Origin: Eledone cirrhosa
Taxonomy: Eukaryota
NCBI GenBank assembly: GCA_964016885.1
Contig: OZ024742.1
Coordinates: forward strand, 356,004,001 to 356,068,000
Direction: 5' to 3'
Length of the DNA: 64,000 bases
Part shown: in pieces, positions 26,728 through 39,985 of the stretch
Position numbering within the stretch: position 1 is the stretch's first letter
Layout of the letters: each line of letters opens with the position of its first letter
Translations under genes and position numbers: made by a program
Notes under the pieces: model-generated
Seen by the model: the letters and a program-made list of their open reading frames with translations, nothing else
Database searches by the model: none
What the model was told of the DNA's origin: nothing

Positions 26728-28495
26728 CAGATGAGGGGCGGAGTGGAGGTGTTAGTATTGTTAGTGTGGGGAGGGCGGTGAAAAGGAGGGGTGTGTTAGT
26801 GGTGTTAGTGGGGTATAAGTGTGGGGGAGGGGGCGGTCGAACGCTAAAGGAATAAGGGTGGGGAGTTCAGGCCGGGGGGAGTGTGGGTCTGTAAGATGAA
26901 GATAGTTCGTTGTTCGACCGTAAGGCGATGGGCGGGTGTTCCGTGGCACTGGAGTAGGCCACAGACTGTGAGATGGCGTGCGGAGTGTCCAGGGCCACCA
27001 AAGTGGCGGGCGATGGGGGAACTGCCCCCGAGACGAATATCCCGGAGGTGCTCCGTGACTCGGTCCGCCAGGCGACGTCCCGTCTGTCCGACTAGGTTGA
27101 CTAGGTTGGAGAAGGTGCAGCGGAAGGCATGCCGGACCGAGAGAGAGTGGGCGTTGGGACCCTGGAAGGTGGTGGTGTTGGTGATGTGGGGACAGGTGCT
27201 GCAGCGGGGCCTAGAACATGGAAAGGAACAGGGGGGGGACAGAGCGTGGGTTGGAGGGTAGGGAGCTGTGGACGAGGAGGGTGCGGAGATTGCGTGCGCG
27301 TTTGAAGGAGGGGAGTGGTGGGGTTGGGAAGATGTGGGAGGTGGGGGGTCGGACTGGAGGCGTCGGAAGAGGCGGCGGATGGTGCGGGGGAGGGGTAATG
27401 TGGAGGGGTGGTAGGTGATGGGGAAGGGGAAACGGTGGGTGGGTGTGTGGTGGCGTGGGGTGACGGTGGTGGAGCGGGGGATAGCACGGGCGCGGGTGAG
27501 AGCGGTGTAAACGAGAGAGGGGGGGTAACCTCTGCGGATGAAATGGCTGACTAGGGAAAGGGCCTGGGACTCGAAGTCAGCATCACGGCTACAGAGGCGG
27601 CGGATCCTGAGAAGTTGGGAGTAGGGAATGGAGTGTTTAGTGTGGGTGGGGTGGGAAGAGGTGAAGTCAAGGTAAGAGTGGGAGTCGGTGGGTTTGAAGA
27701 AGGCGGAGGTGACGAGGGAGTGGTGGGAGGGGTCGAAGGCGACGGAGATGTCTAAGAAGTGGACGTGGGTGGTGGAGATAGAGGTGGTGAAGTGGAGGGA
27801 GGGGTGGAAGGAGCAGAAGAAGGAGAGAAAGGAGTCGAGCTGTTCTCGGGTGAGGGTCGTGGCTCCGATACAGTCGTCAATGTAACGACCGTACAGTTCG
27901 GGCATGGGGCCGGTGTACTGGGCAAAGATTTGGGCCTCAACATGGCCAACAAAAAGGTTGGCATAGTTCGGGCCCATTCTTGTGCCCATGGCTACCCCCG
28001 TGAACTGTTGGTAAAACTCACCCTAGAAGGAGAAACAATTTAGGGTGAGGACCAGCTCGGCGAGGCGAAGGAGGGTGGGGGTGGAGGGAATGGGGGAGGG
28101 GCGAAGGTCGAGGTAGTGTTTGAGGGCGCGAAGGCCGTCGGCGTGGGGGATGACTGTATAGAGGGACTTGATGTCTAGGGTGAAGAGGAAGGGCTGTGGG
28201 CCGGGTAGGTAGGTGAAGGAGTCGAAAAGGCGCAGGGCGTGGTTGGTGTCGGAGATGTGGGAGGGGAGGGTGGTGACAAGGGCGGCGAGGAGGGAGTCGA
28301 GAAAGGCGGAGATGAGTTCGGTGGGGCAGTTGCAAGCGGAGACGATGGGGCGGCCAGGGTTGTCGGGTTTGGGGAGTTTGGGGAGGAAGTAGATGGTGGG
28401 GGTGCGGGGGGTGCGGACGATGAGGTGGGTAGCGGTGGGGGGGGGGGGGGGGGGGGGGGGGAGGATGCGATAAGGTCTTTGATGGTGGAGGAGAT
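26728..28495 (-). mobile_element. Penelope-like element (RT plus damaged GIY-YIG), 5'-truncated and frameshifted
   Basis: ORFs 28023-28505 (YFLPKLPKPDNPGRPIVS, FTLDIKSLYT) and 26844-27989 (MGTRMGPNYANLF, RYIDDC, FLDI, KPTDSHSYL, SSHP, SIPYSQLLRIRRLCS, C..PRC..C, VGQTGRRLADRVTEH, GLN). Confidence 0.93.
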
Positions 28496-28708
28496 ATATA
28501 TACATATATATACATATATATATATATATATAGGCATATATATATCTGTGAATTGTTTGATCTGTTTCCTAGTCTATGAAATTACCAAACTCTAATCTTT
28601 TTTGGCATTGAACTTCAGCATAACAGAGAGCTTGTTGTCATCTTTATATTTAAAAACTCTGTTCTTACCTGAAAAACCCTAATTGCATATAGATAAATGT
28701 CCAATGAT

Positions 28709-28897
28709 GCTTACCAAAAGTGGCCCACTTGGCACCGTGCATTCGTCGCCGAGACGGTGGTCGCCTCAGATCGGGAGAGAGAGCGGCCCGTTTCGCCCGT
28801 TCCGAGTTCGAGAGTAGATCGAGGCCGTCAACGTCCCCGGGGCCTCCAGTCGTTCGCTTTACCAGACGGAATCGCATGTCGTTGTCTGCTGCTGGCG

Positions 28898-28940
<43 letters not shown>

Positions 28941-29186
28941 CAGCTCGATTGGTCTTTCGTCCCTACACCCATTTCTGACGATCGATTTGCATGTCGGAGG
29001 CGCGTCGGACTTCCAGCAGAGTCTCCTCCGGCTTCGTCCCGACCGGGCGTGGATCGCCATCTTTTGGGTCCCCGGCCACCTGCTACACCTGAGTCGGAGC
29101 GCGCCACGCCGATGGCCCGAAATCCACCATGCGACGCGAACACCTGACCCGGGAATGATGCTTCGAAACGCCTACGACAACGCGGA
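28709..29186 (-). rRNA. 28S rRNA: Isolated 28S (LSU) rRNA fragment, pseudogenic
   Basis: Reverse complements of conserved LSU blocks: gcttaccaaaagtggcccact, ccagctatcctgagggaaacttcggagggaaccagctactaga, gacgatcgatttgca and ccatctttt-gggtcc. The right boundary is approximate. Confidence 0.9.
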
Positions 29187-29944
29187 AAAAAGAAGAAAAA
29201 ATGTTACATTTGTGTCACATGTTTCAAAAGACACAGTAACATTTGATAACTTCTTTTATGTAGGTGACCTAATTAGCAGTGGAATTGGTTGCTCTCGATG
29301 TCTTATGGTTTTCATTCTGGCTCTTTTCTCACTCAGTCCAAATACTGTCAAGATCTACTTTGCTTTTTGACAAATACTACGGTTAATTCTTCCTCTATAT
29401 CTCTTTCCCACTTTCTCTCTCTCTCTCTCACTCCTTATCTTTCTCTGGAAGAAATCTGCTACACTCGGTCTTGGATAGGCTCTGCCAGGTTTAAAAATGG
29501 CCTAAGAAATGCCTTGCATCAATTTCAACTCTTCTTATTAATAAATGTATTGTTTATTTCCAGGGAGGATGTTGAAAACTAAACATCATTTGGTCATTCC
29601 ATGAGAATATCTTGGTTAGCCTATGAACATTTTCAGTCAGCCCTCATACTGGAATCAATTCAGTGAAATTCTTTCTTCTATAAATTATACTTCTTCTTAA
29701 TCATTTTCAAATGTTCAATAAAATGTTAAGTATTAAATTAATAGAATCATTTGAACATTAGATAAAATGTCTCTAATTTTGAATTGCACTGAGTTCTACT
29801 TTGCCTTTCATATTTTTGAAGTCAATAAATGTTATACCAGTAATATATTGAGGACAATTCCACTTTGTTCTGTCTCGTTCATATTCATTAAGATACAATA
29901 GAATATTTCTTTCTATAAATAAAAATTAAACTTGTATATAATTA

Positions 29945-30020
29945 TGGGACTCTAACCCCACGGCCCTCTCAGGAATAAGTGATAGAAGAAGAAGAAGAAG
30001 AAGAAGAAGAAGAAGAAGAA
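29945..30020 (+). mobile_element. 3' tip of an RTE-like LINE family with (GAA)n tail
   Basis: ggccctctcaggaataagtg followed by (GAA)n, the same end as at 36770, 40600 and 43250. Confidence 0.65.
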
Positions 30021-30469
30021 CTAATTACAACAAAACAATCAATAATATAATGCAGTATGCAACAGGTTTGCGGTCGTACCCTTGGCAGTAGAGACTTCTT
30101 GTGTCCTTGGCGGTAGGGCCACCTCCCTACTAACCACCATAGGCACTGGGCTAGCCAGCCGCAGGTGTGAGCCCAATGAGTTGGAATGACTTTTCTAGTG
30201 CATCTCCCTTGCCGTCACCGGGGAAACGCCTTCTCTATTCTGCCCACTGGGGCTGTGAGGAAGCCACCAATATGATTGACTGACTTGTCATTTTATCAGT
30301 CAGATGTTTTTATTTGTATTATTTGTTGATTACTTTTCATAATAGAAACAACTTTTAAAAACTTAATAATGGGCTAATTATATTTTTTATCTCAACGAAT
30401 TCTTCATTTTTAGATGTTTATGTAGTATTTTTTTAAATATTGAAATATTTTGTTTCTTCCATTTTTTTT

Positions 30470-31467
30470 ACATATATACACATTTATGAAACATATATAT
30501 ATATACATATAAACACAATTTATTAAATATATATATACATATAAACACAATTTATGTGATATATATATACATATAAACACAATTTATGAAATATATATAT
30601 ACATATATACACAATTTATGTAATATATATACATATATACACATTTATGAAACATATATATATACATATAAACACAATTTATGAAATATATTTATACATA
30701 TAAACACAATTTATGTAATATATATACATATAAACACAATTTATGAGATATATTTATACATATAAACCCAATTTATGTAATATATATACACATATAAACA
30801 CAATTTATGAAATATATATATACATATAAACACAATTCATGTAAATATATACATATAAACACAATTTATGAAATATATATATACATATAAACACAATTCA
30901 TGTAAATATATATATACATATAAACACAATTTATGTAATATATATATATAAACACAATTTATGTGATATATATATACATATAAACACAATTTATGAAATA
31001 TATATATACATATATACACAATTTATGTAATATATATACATATATACACATTTATGAAACATATATATATACATATAAACACAATTTATGAAATATATTT
31101 ATACATATAAACACAATTTATGTAATATATATACATATAAACACAATTTATGAGATATATTTATACATATAAACCCAATTTATGTAATATATATACACAT
31201 ATAAACACAATTTATGAAATATATATATACATATAAACACAATTCATGTAAATATATACATATAAACACAATTTATGAAATATATATATACATATAAACA
31301 CAATTCATGTAAATATATATATACATATAAACACAATTTATGAAATATATCTATACATATAAACACAATTTATGTAAATATATATATACATATAAACACA
31401 ATTTATGAAATATATACATATAAACACAATTTATGTAATATATATATACATATAAACACAATTTATG

Positions 31468-31470
<3 letters not shown>
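30470..31470. repeat. AT-rich ~30-35-bp minisatellite
   Basis: Unit tacatataaacacaatttatg(a/t)aa(ta)n. The variant series starting near 30600 recurs near 31010. Confidence 0.92.
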
Positions 31471-31522
<52 letters not shown>

Positions 31523-32126
31523 GAAATATATTAAGAAACACACAGATACATGCGGACACACACATATATACATGAATGCATCCGCACCCAACTGTGAGTT
31601 AAGGGTGCCAACTTCACCGATGTTGCTCAATGAATGACTGGGACAGACCAATTCAGTTTGAACCAGACTGAACCAGTATCAGAGTTAAAAATACATTATG
31701 AAGAGAGAAGAAACATTTAGATATAATTAGTAATAAAATGTATCATACCTAAACTGTTCCTAAATTCCTCGACTACGTTTATATATATATATATATATAT
31801 ACATGTAAACTCCTGAGGGGTTTGTAGAGGCACTGTGTTGACATACAACATTTCTAGGGCATTTTTTCAACCTAGCAGAGCCCATCCTTCTCCAGATCTG
31901 AATACAGCAGGTTTCTTCCAGAGAAAGATAGGGAATTAGAGAATGGAAACAAAGAAGAGATATTGAGGAGGAAAACTTGTCCTCAGTACTTGACTGTTAC
32001 TTTTTATCAACCTCAAATTGATGAAAGGCTAAGTTGATCACAGTAAATTGGTAGAATCATTTACACTTCAAATAGAATACTTCTTACTTTAAATATCATT
32101 GATGTTTACTTTGTATTTCATACTTT

Positions 32127-32445
32127 TGTAGCGGCCCCTTACGGCTGTGACTCAGCATGTATAGGAGTTGCGTCACTTTACGACGGTCATAACACAGCAT
32201 GTATAGATTCATGTACTAAATGGAGTTGCATCCAGCTGGGGACTATATATTTGAGGACAATCAAGGCATAACTCTCTCTCGAATCCTAAACTTCGAAGGA
32301 ACAAGAAGAACCGTACCAAGAGAAGATTTCTGTTCTTCTCCACACACTCCAGTCTGGGAGGTGTGACTAACTGAACATCAACATGTGGTAACAATTATTT
32401 ATATCAATTTATTTGACTTCTGTGAAGTAAAACCATGTCACAACA
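32127..32445 (+). mobile_element. Possible solo LTR
   Basis: Bounded by TGTAGCG...CACAACA, with an internal TATA-like box followed by a CT tract. No clean TSD. Confidence 0.35.
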
Positions 32446-32705
32446 CTCACCTGTATTTTTTGACATTCTTAAATATATGTATACACTGATACTAATATCC
32501 TAAACTTTTATTCTTGATATATAAAATGACAGTCAATTCCTTCTTTTTTCTGTCTCTCTCAGTCTCATTAACATGTTTCTATACTGCACTGAGAGATAAT
32601 TGAGGAAGACCAGTCAGTCTTTGTAAAGTCAGAAAGTATAGAAAACATTCTTAAAGTACCAGTAATGCACTGGGCTATTGTTGGCCTTGTGCCTATATAG
32701 AAAAA

Positions 32706-33900
32706 TTATTATTATTGTTCTTTGAGTGTCAGTCATTGGTGTTATTTAACTGGAGAGTTTGTTGAAAGGAATATCAAGCCACTACCTGCAGTTTCAGATG
32801 TTCAGGACGTATCGGAGGGTTCTTGCTGTTCCCAGCAAGCATGCCTTTTGAAGTGTCCCAAAAAGCGGGGCGGGACCAATTTTCTTTAACCATCCTTGGA
32901 AAATCTTTGAGATAGTACCCAGTGCGCCTATGACAATCGGGACCACTTTGACCTCATAGCAGTTCCAAATCCTTTTTACCTCCCACTTTAAGTCCTGGTA
33001 TCGGTTAATTTTCTCCCTCTCCTTCTCTTGCACTCTCGTGTTGAATGGGCAGGCTACATCCACAATCAGGCACGATCTTTTTCCCTTGTCCAAAACCACC
33101 AGGTCAAGTCTATTTTGTTCCAGTTTCTTGTCCGTCTGTATCGTAAAATCCCACAGCACCTTCACCTGATCGTTTTCCATCACCGACTCTGGCTTATGCT
33201 CATACCACTTCTCAGAATGTGGTAAATTGTTTACTTTGCATAGGTGCCAGTGGATCACCCTGCCCATCACATCATGTCTCCAGCCTTTATAGTGAGTCTG
33301 GGCTAGGTGTTTACACTCGGATACAATGTGAGCCACAGTCTCCTCTCTCTCTCCACAGATCCTGCACAGTGGGCTAGCCTCCTCCTTGTAAATATGGTGT
33401 TTCAGCCACTTCGTTTTGAGGGCCTGCTCTTGCGCAGCCATTAGCATTCCTTCTGTAACCTTTTTAAGGTCTCCTCTTTTCAACCAGTTCCATGTCTGTG
33501 GATCTCTAAATTCAGTTTTCTCAAAGAAGGCACTATGAAGGGATTTTTCATGAAGGTTTCTCTTTCTTCTTGTTGTTATTTCTTCCTTGGACATCCCCTG
33601 GTCTATTGTCCTCTCCTTCAGTACAATTCTGAGCATCGGCTCCCTACTATCAGTCACGTATTTGTGTAGGTTGATTTTCCCCATCTGAACACAGTCCTCT
33701 ATGCTGATAAGACCGCTTCCACCTTCAGATCTCCTTAAGTAGTGTCTATCTACATCACTCCTTTTGTGGAACATGTTGTAGTTAGTCAATAGCTTCCTAG
33801 TCTTCCTGTCCCTTTCTTTTTGTTCAGCAACATTCCATCTCAGATTTCCCGCACTGTACCTAATAATAGACACAGCTCGGGAATTTACTGCACGAACTAG
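32706..33900 (-). mobile_element. R4/Dong-type non-LTR retrotransposon 3' part (zinc knuckle plus restriction-like endonuclease) with (TAA)n end
   Basis: ORF 32794-33924: CRICGEREETVAHIVSEC, RHD, WYEHKP, LWDFTIQTD, NRLDLVV (PD-like), IVDVACP, EKINRYQDL and VPIVIGALG. Confidence 0.92.
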
Positions 33901-35503
33901 GATGCGGAAGATCCGTGTCAGCATATGCGGACGATGTCACCGTAGTGGTGTCGAACGCCAAACACATCGAGGTGATCGGCACTACACTAAGAGAATACGA
34001 AGCGGTGACAGGAGCAATGATCAACCAGGAAAAGTCAGTGGGCCTGCAGCTCGGCACCTGGAAAGGCAGGTCCATGCCGTCCAACAGCGTCGTCGGACGC
34101 TGGACGGAATGACCGGTTAAATTGCTAGGGGTCTGGTTCGGTCCGGACCTCCAGACGGACAAAAACTGGGACGAGGTGACGAGCAGGGTGGCTTCTCTCA
34201 CCCAGAAATGGGCGGAGCGGAAGCTATCCCTGAAAGGTCGAGCGGAGGTGGCTAACGCGTACATCGCGTCTGTCATCTACTACCGCCTGACCGTCGTACC
34301 TTGTCCTAAGCCTCGCCTGACTGCGCTGGAGCGTTTGCTCTTTCGCTTTTTGTGGATGGGACGCGCTCCGATGGTCAGGCGGTCCATCTGCTGTCAACAC
34401 CCGTTACGTGGAGGGCTGGGCTTGCCGTGGCTGATGATGCGCAGACACGCGCTCAGGCTACGACATCTCCACCTCTTCCTCGACGGTGATCAGGTGTGGT
34501 CGCCGTTTGCTAGACACGTATTTCCCCAGCTCGTTTCCTTGACGGAGCTGCAGTCCTGGGTCAAGCGAAGACCGAGAGGGAGCGCCTGGAGTCTGGAATG
34601 TCTTCAGGCGCTCACAGCCCTCGACCAATCGGGCAATGTGATCGGTGGAAACTCCACATCGGCGTTCTATAGAGGATCAGTGGAGGGGAAGAGCGACGAC
34701 GTACTTGGGGAAACTCTAGGCGTCGACGAAAATCAACTAGCCAATCTCTTCGGAAGAACTTTCGGGCCGTGACCTATGGACAACTTCCAGAAATCTCTTG
34801 CCTGGCAGTGCTACCAAGGAGCCTTGCCAGTTCGGGATAAACTCTACAGGCATGGAGGTGCCGTCAGCCGGCCATGTCCGAGATGCGCGCAGGGCGACGA
34901 AACCGTCCTGCACGCACTCGTCTAGTGTCCGAAAATTTCTGAGTCGTGGGTTTATGTCGAACACCTGCTGTCGTGTGTAGGACGGATCCGGCTATCATCT
35001 GAGTCCATCGTGAGGATTGCCCCGCCCTCTTCCTTTAGCCGGGAAGGGGGGGGGGGCAGTTTTTATCTGTCTGGTGGCCATGGCGAAAGAGATAGTATGG
35101 TGGACACGTTTGAAAGGGCTGAAGACGAGCACTTACTTCTTCGGTGATGCCCTGATTGACTTTTTCAAATTTCATTTGAAAAGGAAAATCAGAGTAGAGA
35201 GGGAAGTGCTCTCTTCCCAACATTTTGTTGAAAGATGGGTGAAAGAAGCAAGAAATTAAAGGTGGAAAACTGGGAGAGGGCACTTGCCTTGGTGGTCAGG
35301 GTCACTGTGGCCTTTTACTGGGCTTTCTCCACAAATGTCCCTCCGAAGTCTCCCCCCTATTGGGGAATTTTTCATTGTTATTTTTTGTTACATCCTCTGT
35401 TTTTGTTTTTTACACGCAGAAATGCCCATTTGTACCGTCCTGTATTGTCCTGCACTGTCCTTAATGTCTACTTTATGTAAACCCTTGTAGTTAATAAAGA
35501 AAA

Positions 35504-35505
<2 letters not shown>
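33893..35505 (+). mobile_element. Tx1/L1-clade LINE 3' part, 5'-truncated and disrupted
   Basis: AYADDVT, INQEKS, LLGVWFG, W..RKLSLKGRA, GGLGLP and C-terminal CPRC..GDETVLHAL.*CP. An aataaa signal precedes the (ATT)n tract. Confidence 0.9.
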
Positions 35506-35549
<44 letters not shown>

Positions 35550-35550
<1 letters not shown>

Positions 35551-35760
35551 GGGTGGTGGATTGGCAGTATCGGTAGAGAGTCGGATGCCATGCTTTCCAG
35601 CATAGTTACATCCCTTTACGGACTGAGTTCAAATCCCGCCGAGGTTAACTTTGCCTTTCATCCTTTCGGGGTTGATAAAATAAAGTACCAGTGATGTACT
35701 GGGTAATTGCTGGCCTTGTGACAAAAGTAGAAACAATTATTATTATTATTATTATTATTA
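35550..35760 (+). mobile_element. tRNA-derived SINE with Meta-domain-like centre and (ATT)n tail (octopus OR2-like)
   Basis: tggcagtatcggtagag (A-box-like), gagttcaaatcc (B box), gcctttcatcctttcggggttgataaaataaagtaccag and ggccttgtg...agaaacaatt(att)n. Confidence 0.88.
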
Positions 35761-35761
35761 T

Positions 35762-36062
35762 GAGACGGCGGTAACTACGCTGGATTAAGTTAGTTGAATT
35801 TTTATGAGTTATCGAAAGTTCTATATAATATTTTTTACATCGGTGTGTAGTTAAAGAACTCCTCTGTCAAAGGGGGTGGTTTTTTAACTGTATCTCGCCC
35901 TTGGGAGCTAAATTTGCATTTATTTACAATTATAACCCCCAAATTTTGTTTTAAAAAACATGGCGGACAAAAAAGTATTGTCCACAGGGAGGAACAGTGA
36001 GTTGTTCAGAGGGTGGAACAGCCATTTCCACCCAATCACAAGGTAAAGTAAAAAACAAGAGA

Positions 36063-36103
<41 letters not shown>

Positions 36104-36592
36104 TGACAACAGCAGCAGCTGCCACTGGAACAGTAGTAGCAGTAGTGGAATTTACAACAAAAATTTCCCTACGCTAGAAAAATCAAACATCACCACCACC
36201 ATCCCAATAACAACAATAACAGCAGCAACAGCCATAAAGAACCCAAAGTACAATAACTATAACAGCAGCAAAACAGAGGAAAACAAAACAAACAAAAACA
36301 CCAACGACGGCACAAAGACAAAACTAGTGATGAGTCAACACAAATCAAAACAAACACATATTTCGCTAAAGCGACAAACAATTTTGAACAAGTACACATC
36401 ACTAACGAAGAGATAAAACAAGCAAAGGTCTTGGTTAAAATGACCGGACACAGCGTAAGTCTCACCCGCCCAGCTGAGATAATAAGAAACAAGCTTTTGT
36501 GATCGGTCAGTTATCGCACGATCGGATCAAAATCCAGGCGAGTCGAACGGGCAATGGAGTCACAGGTCCAAAGAGCTATGGGCACCGTTTGG
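35762..36592 (+). mobile_element. Possible LINE 5'UTR/ORF1 fragment inserted at the SINE (ATT)n tail
   Basis: Begins abruptly after (ATT)n and has aaacATGGCG in good context at ~35960. It continues as A/C-rich low-complexity coding-like sequence with a (CAG)n run and broken frames. No diagnostic motif. Confidence 0.3.
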
Positions 36593-38589
36593 GCACAGGG
36601 AGAATTGCTGGCCTTGTGCCAAAAGTAGAAACAATTAATTAGTAAGGCTTTGTTATTTTTAGAACTTTTATGAATGAACATTTTGCATATTGAATAGCAT
36701 ATTGAATGGCCTTGTGCCAATAGTAGAACCAATTATTATTATTATTATTATTATGATTATTATTATTATTCGCCCACTTATTCCTGAGAGGGTTGTGGGG
36801 TCTGAGTCCTTAAACACTCCTTTCAGTGGGTCCTGTCAAAAGCAAACACCTTCAACACCTTCCGAACCCATTTTGGTGTCTTGGAATATGCAATCTTTGT
36901 GTATCCATCCCATGCCTCCCAGAACAGGTTGCAAGTCCTTCACCAATTTTTGTGACACGAAATGTAGACTGCAATATATTTTTCAAACAGGTCCCACTAT
37001 CGTAGAAAGATTGAAAGAACTCTTCCCAATCTAATTGGTTAATTGTTACAGATAATGATAGCTGTTACATCAACAAAGATATTCTCTTTGAATTTGCTTG
37101 TACCATCCTTCTATTAAGTCTCCCAAGGACTTGCCTTGTTTGGTATTCTTTGAAGTTCCTCTAAAGTAGGTAGATTCTAATAACAGAGAATCTGCTAACA
37201 GATGATGACAACATTAATTCAAATATAAATATTAGTGTAGAAACCAAGCACAATGCTATTGATTTGTGAAAACTGCTGATTAATATTGATAGGGTGTTGT
37301 GTGCTGTCCCTACGCTCCTGACTAAATGTTCTATATGATGTAGTCAGTAGTCAGGAAGAAAGAAGGTGTCAGCTTTCAAGACCTTTGCTACGCTCTTAGT
37401 GAATTAAATAACATCATATCAACTATTCATATGTTGAGACCATAGAGGTGACTAGAGAATAAGGGTTCAATTTCCTAATGTTGATCTATTATAGCTTGTA
37501 TAATTTTTGTTCAGAAAATGGTATTGCGTTGATTGTTTAGTGTAGATTTATATTTGTCTACTTTAAAAAGAAATGCAACCAAACAAAAAAGTAACAAACA
37601 GCATTAAGGATTATTTATTGCAAGTTTCAGACATTAGATAGCTGCTTCAGACTGATTGAGACTGATTCACTAGTTCACTGATCTCAATAGATTTTATTTA
37701 GAAAGTTAATGTCGTCTAAGACAAAGACATCACACTTAATACAACTTTAATGATTGTAAAATTAAATATCTTACAATCAAAATGGTTGAAAGAGTCTCTT
37801 GAGCTGTCTTGTAGTGAGGACTGATTCGAGACAACTACAAGTATTTGATAGAAAGAAAAATCAGATTTTGGCTTCTTCAATTAAAACAAATTATTTTTCT
37901 ATAACATTGGCAGAACAATACATATTGAGAGAAATTAGAATAAGAAAATTAGAATTTGTGGCATTCATACCTTTCCAATAGCAAAATGGGAGTCACAATT
38001 CAAATGTTCTCATTTCATCTCCTTCTGCAAATTGTTCTTACACTATTTTCAATATTTGTAATCTCCACGTTCCCAAAGCCATTTTTAGTTTGGATAGTTT
38101 GAAAAATAATGAAAATATTTGATAAAAGCATGAGATAAAAGATTTTTAATTTAGGCACAAGGCCAGCAATGTATGGAGAGGGAAGTTGAGTATATTGACC
38201 CTAGTACTTGACAAATACTTTATCTTATTTATTTATTTAATTAATTTAAACGTAATTTAAATGTAAGCCATGACAGACTAAGGGAAGTATTGAGTACTTC
38301 TTACAGTTGGTAATCAAAAAGAACTAATGAGACAAATAATAAAATAAAATAAATAAATAAAAAAATAAAGCTAAAAATTTCAAATATTGAAGGCAAGTGG
38401 GAGGCGGTTTAGGCATAAGAAAAGGAAAAAGAAAAGGGAAAGAAAAATGAAAACAAAGGAAACAAGGGAAACTGCAAAATATCTAGAAGTTTCTCTTGTA
38501 GAATCTTCTCAATTCTGAACTCAGTATGCTGTAAAGCATTTTCTCAGAGTGCTAACTGTTCTGTCAATCCACAAATAACAATAATAATA

Positions 38590-38780
38590 ATTGTTTCTAC
38601 TTTTGGCACAAGGTCAGCAATTATCCCAGTGTATTACTGGTACTTTATTTTATTGACCCCGTAAGGATGAAAGGCAAAGTTAACCTTGGTGGGATTTGAA
38701 CTCAGACCATAAAGGGCTGTAACTCTTTGCTACAAAGCATGGCGTCTGACCCTCTACCGATACTGCCAATCCACCACCCT
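38590..38780 (-). mobile_element. Meta-type tRNA SINE, full length
   Basis: Reverse complement of the 35550 family. Confidence 0.88.
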
Positions 38781-39497
38781 ATAGACACATAATAATAATA
38801 ACAGGGAAGTATATTGGCAAAATATTGAACTGAAATCATATTAAAGATACTAATCACTGGAAATCAATATCTTAACATACATCACTCACATATATTTCTT
38901 ATAAATCAAATTATTGCAACAAGAAACATCACTGTCATGTTGTCTCTGGTAGTTAAATGAGAAAGGTAGGTAATAATCCTATTTACATATTAAAATTACT
39001 GATTGTTTGATAATTTTCTTCATTCATTAAGTGACAGACATATAGATGTATGGTTACGGATATATAGATAGATGTGAACATTGATAAATATAATAATAGA
39101 CAGATATGAATATTGGAAAATGTTACTTGTTCTGCATATAGAAAGTTACATCAAAGATAAATAGTAATTCTAATGTGAATTATACAGCAACATAACCAGA
39201 TATACATGAACACACACAAATACAAACACGCCTTATATAAATACATGTAGACAAAGATATATCTGCAAAAATACAGACACACACAAAGCCATATACAGTA
39301 ATATAGATACAGACAAATGTAGAGTTAAACAATCATGTGACTATACAATTATTTATTAATTTCGTGCTTACTTAGTCAGGAATTCTTTTGAAAAGTGAAG
39401 AGAAATTTTTACTGCTACTGGAACAATTTTCAAGAAATTTCCAGAAGTCTGATACATGGTTGTGATTTACTGATACTTTACCAGTTGCAGCAAATGT

Positions 39498-39779
39498 TTA
39501 ACCCTTTAGCATTTACATTACTCTATATATACTATTGTATTTTCGCAGTAAAGGCTTTACCTCACATAGCATTTACATTACTCTAGATATGCTATTGTAT
39601 TTTCATAGTAAGGGCTTTATCTCACATATCTCACATAATATCAAATCTATGAAATTTTGATATTTATTTTGAGAACAATACCTTAACATAAATATGAGTA
39701 ACAAGTTACAGCCGGTTTGAGCAGAAAGAGGTGAAGGAATTCTGGCCAGATACAGCCAGTTTAAAAGTTAAATAGTTAA
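39498..39779. mobile_element. piggyBac-type MITE with an internal ~63-bp duplication
   Basis: TTAA-CCCTTTAGCATTTA, a degenerate right TIR, then TTAA. Homologous to 41364 and 47110. Confidence 0.75.
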
Positions 39780-39985
39780 GCGCCATATTTTCCTGTTGCA
39801 GTACAAGTTACTCTTATGGATACCATTATACACATTATATAGATTTTTGGATACCATTATACACATTATATAGATTTCCTGAAACAATGTTTTATAACCC
39901 GATACAGTTTCTAGCTCCAACCCTTTTAGTTTCTTCTTACAAAATGTAGGGATATGGTGTATCTATTTAAAACCAAACACTCAAT

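Noticed and set aside
28697-29370. 216-aa ORF and overlapping ORFs
   Set aside because: They are spurious frames across the 28S rRNA fragment and a short RTE scrap.
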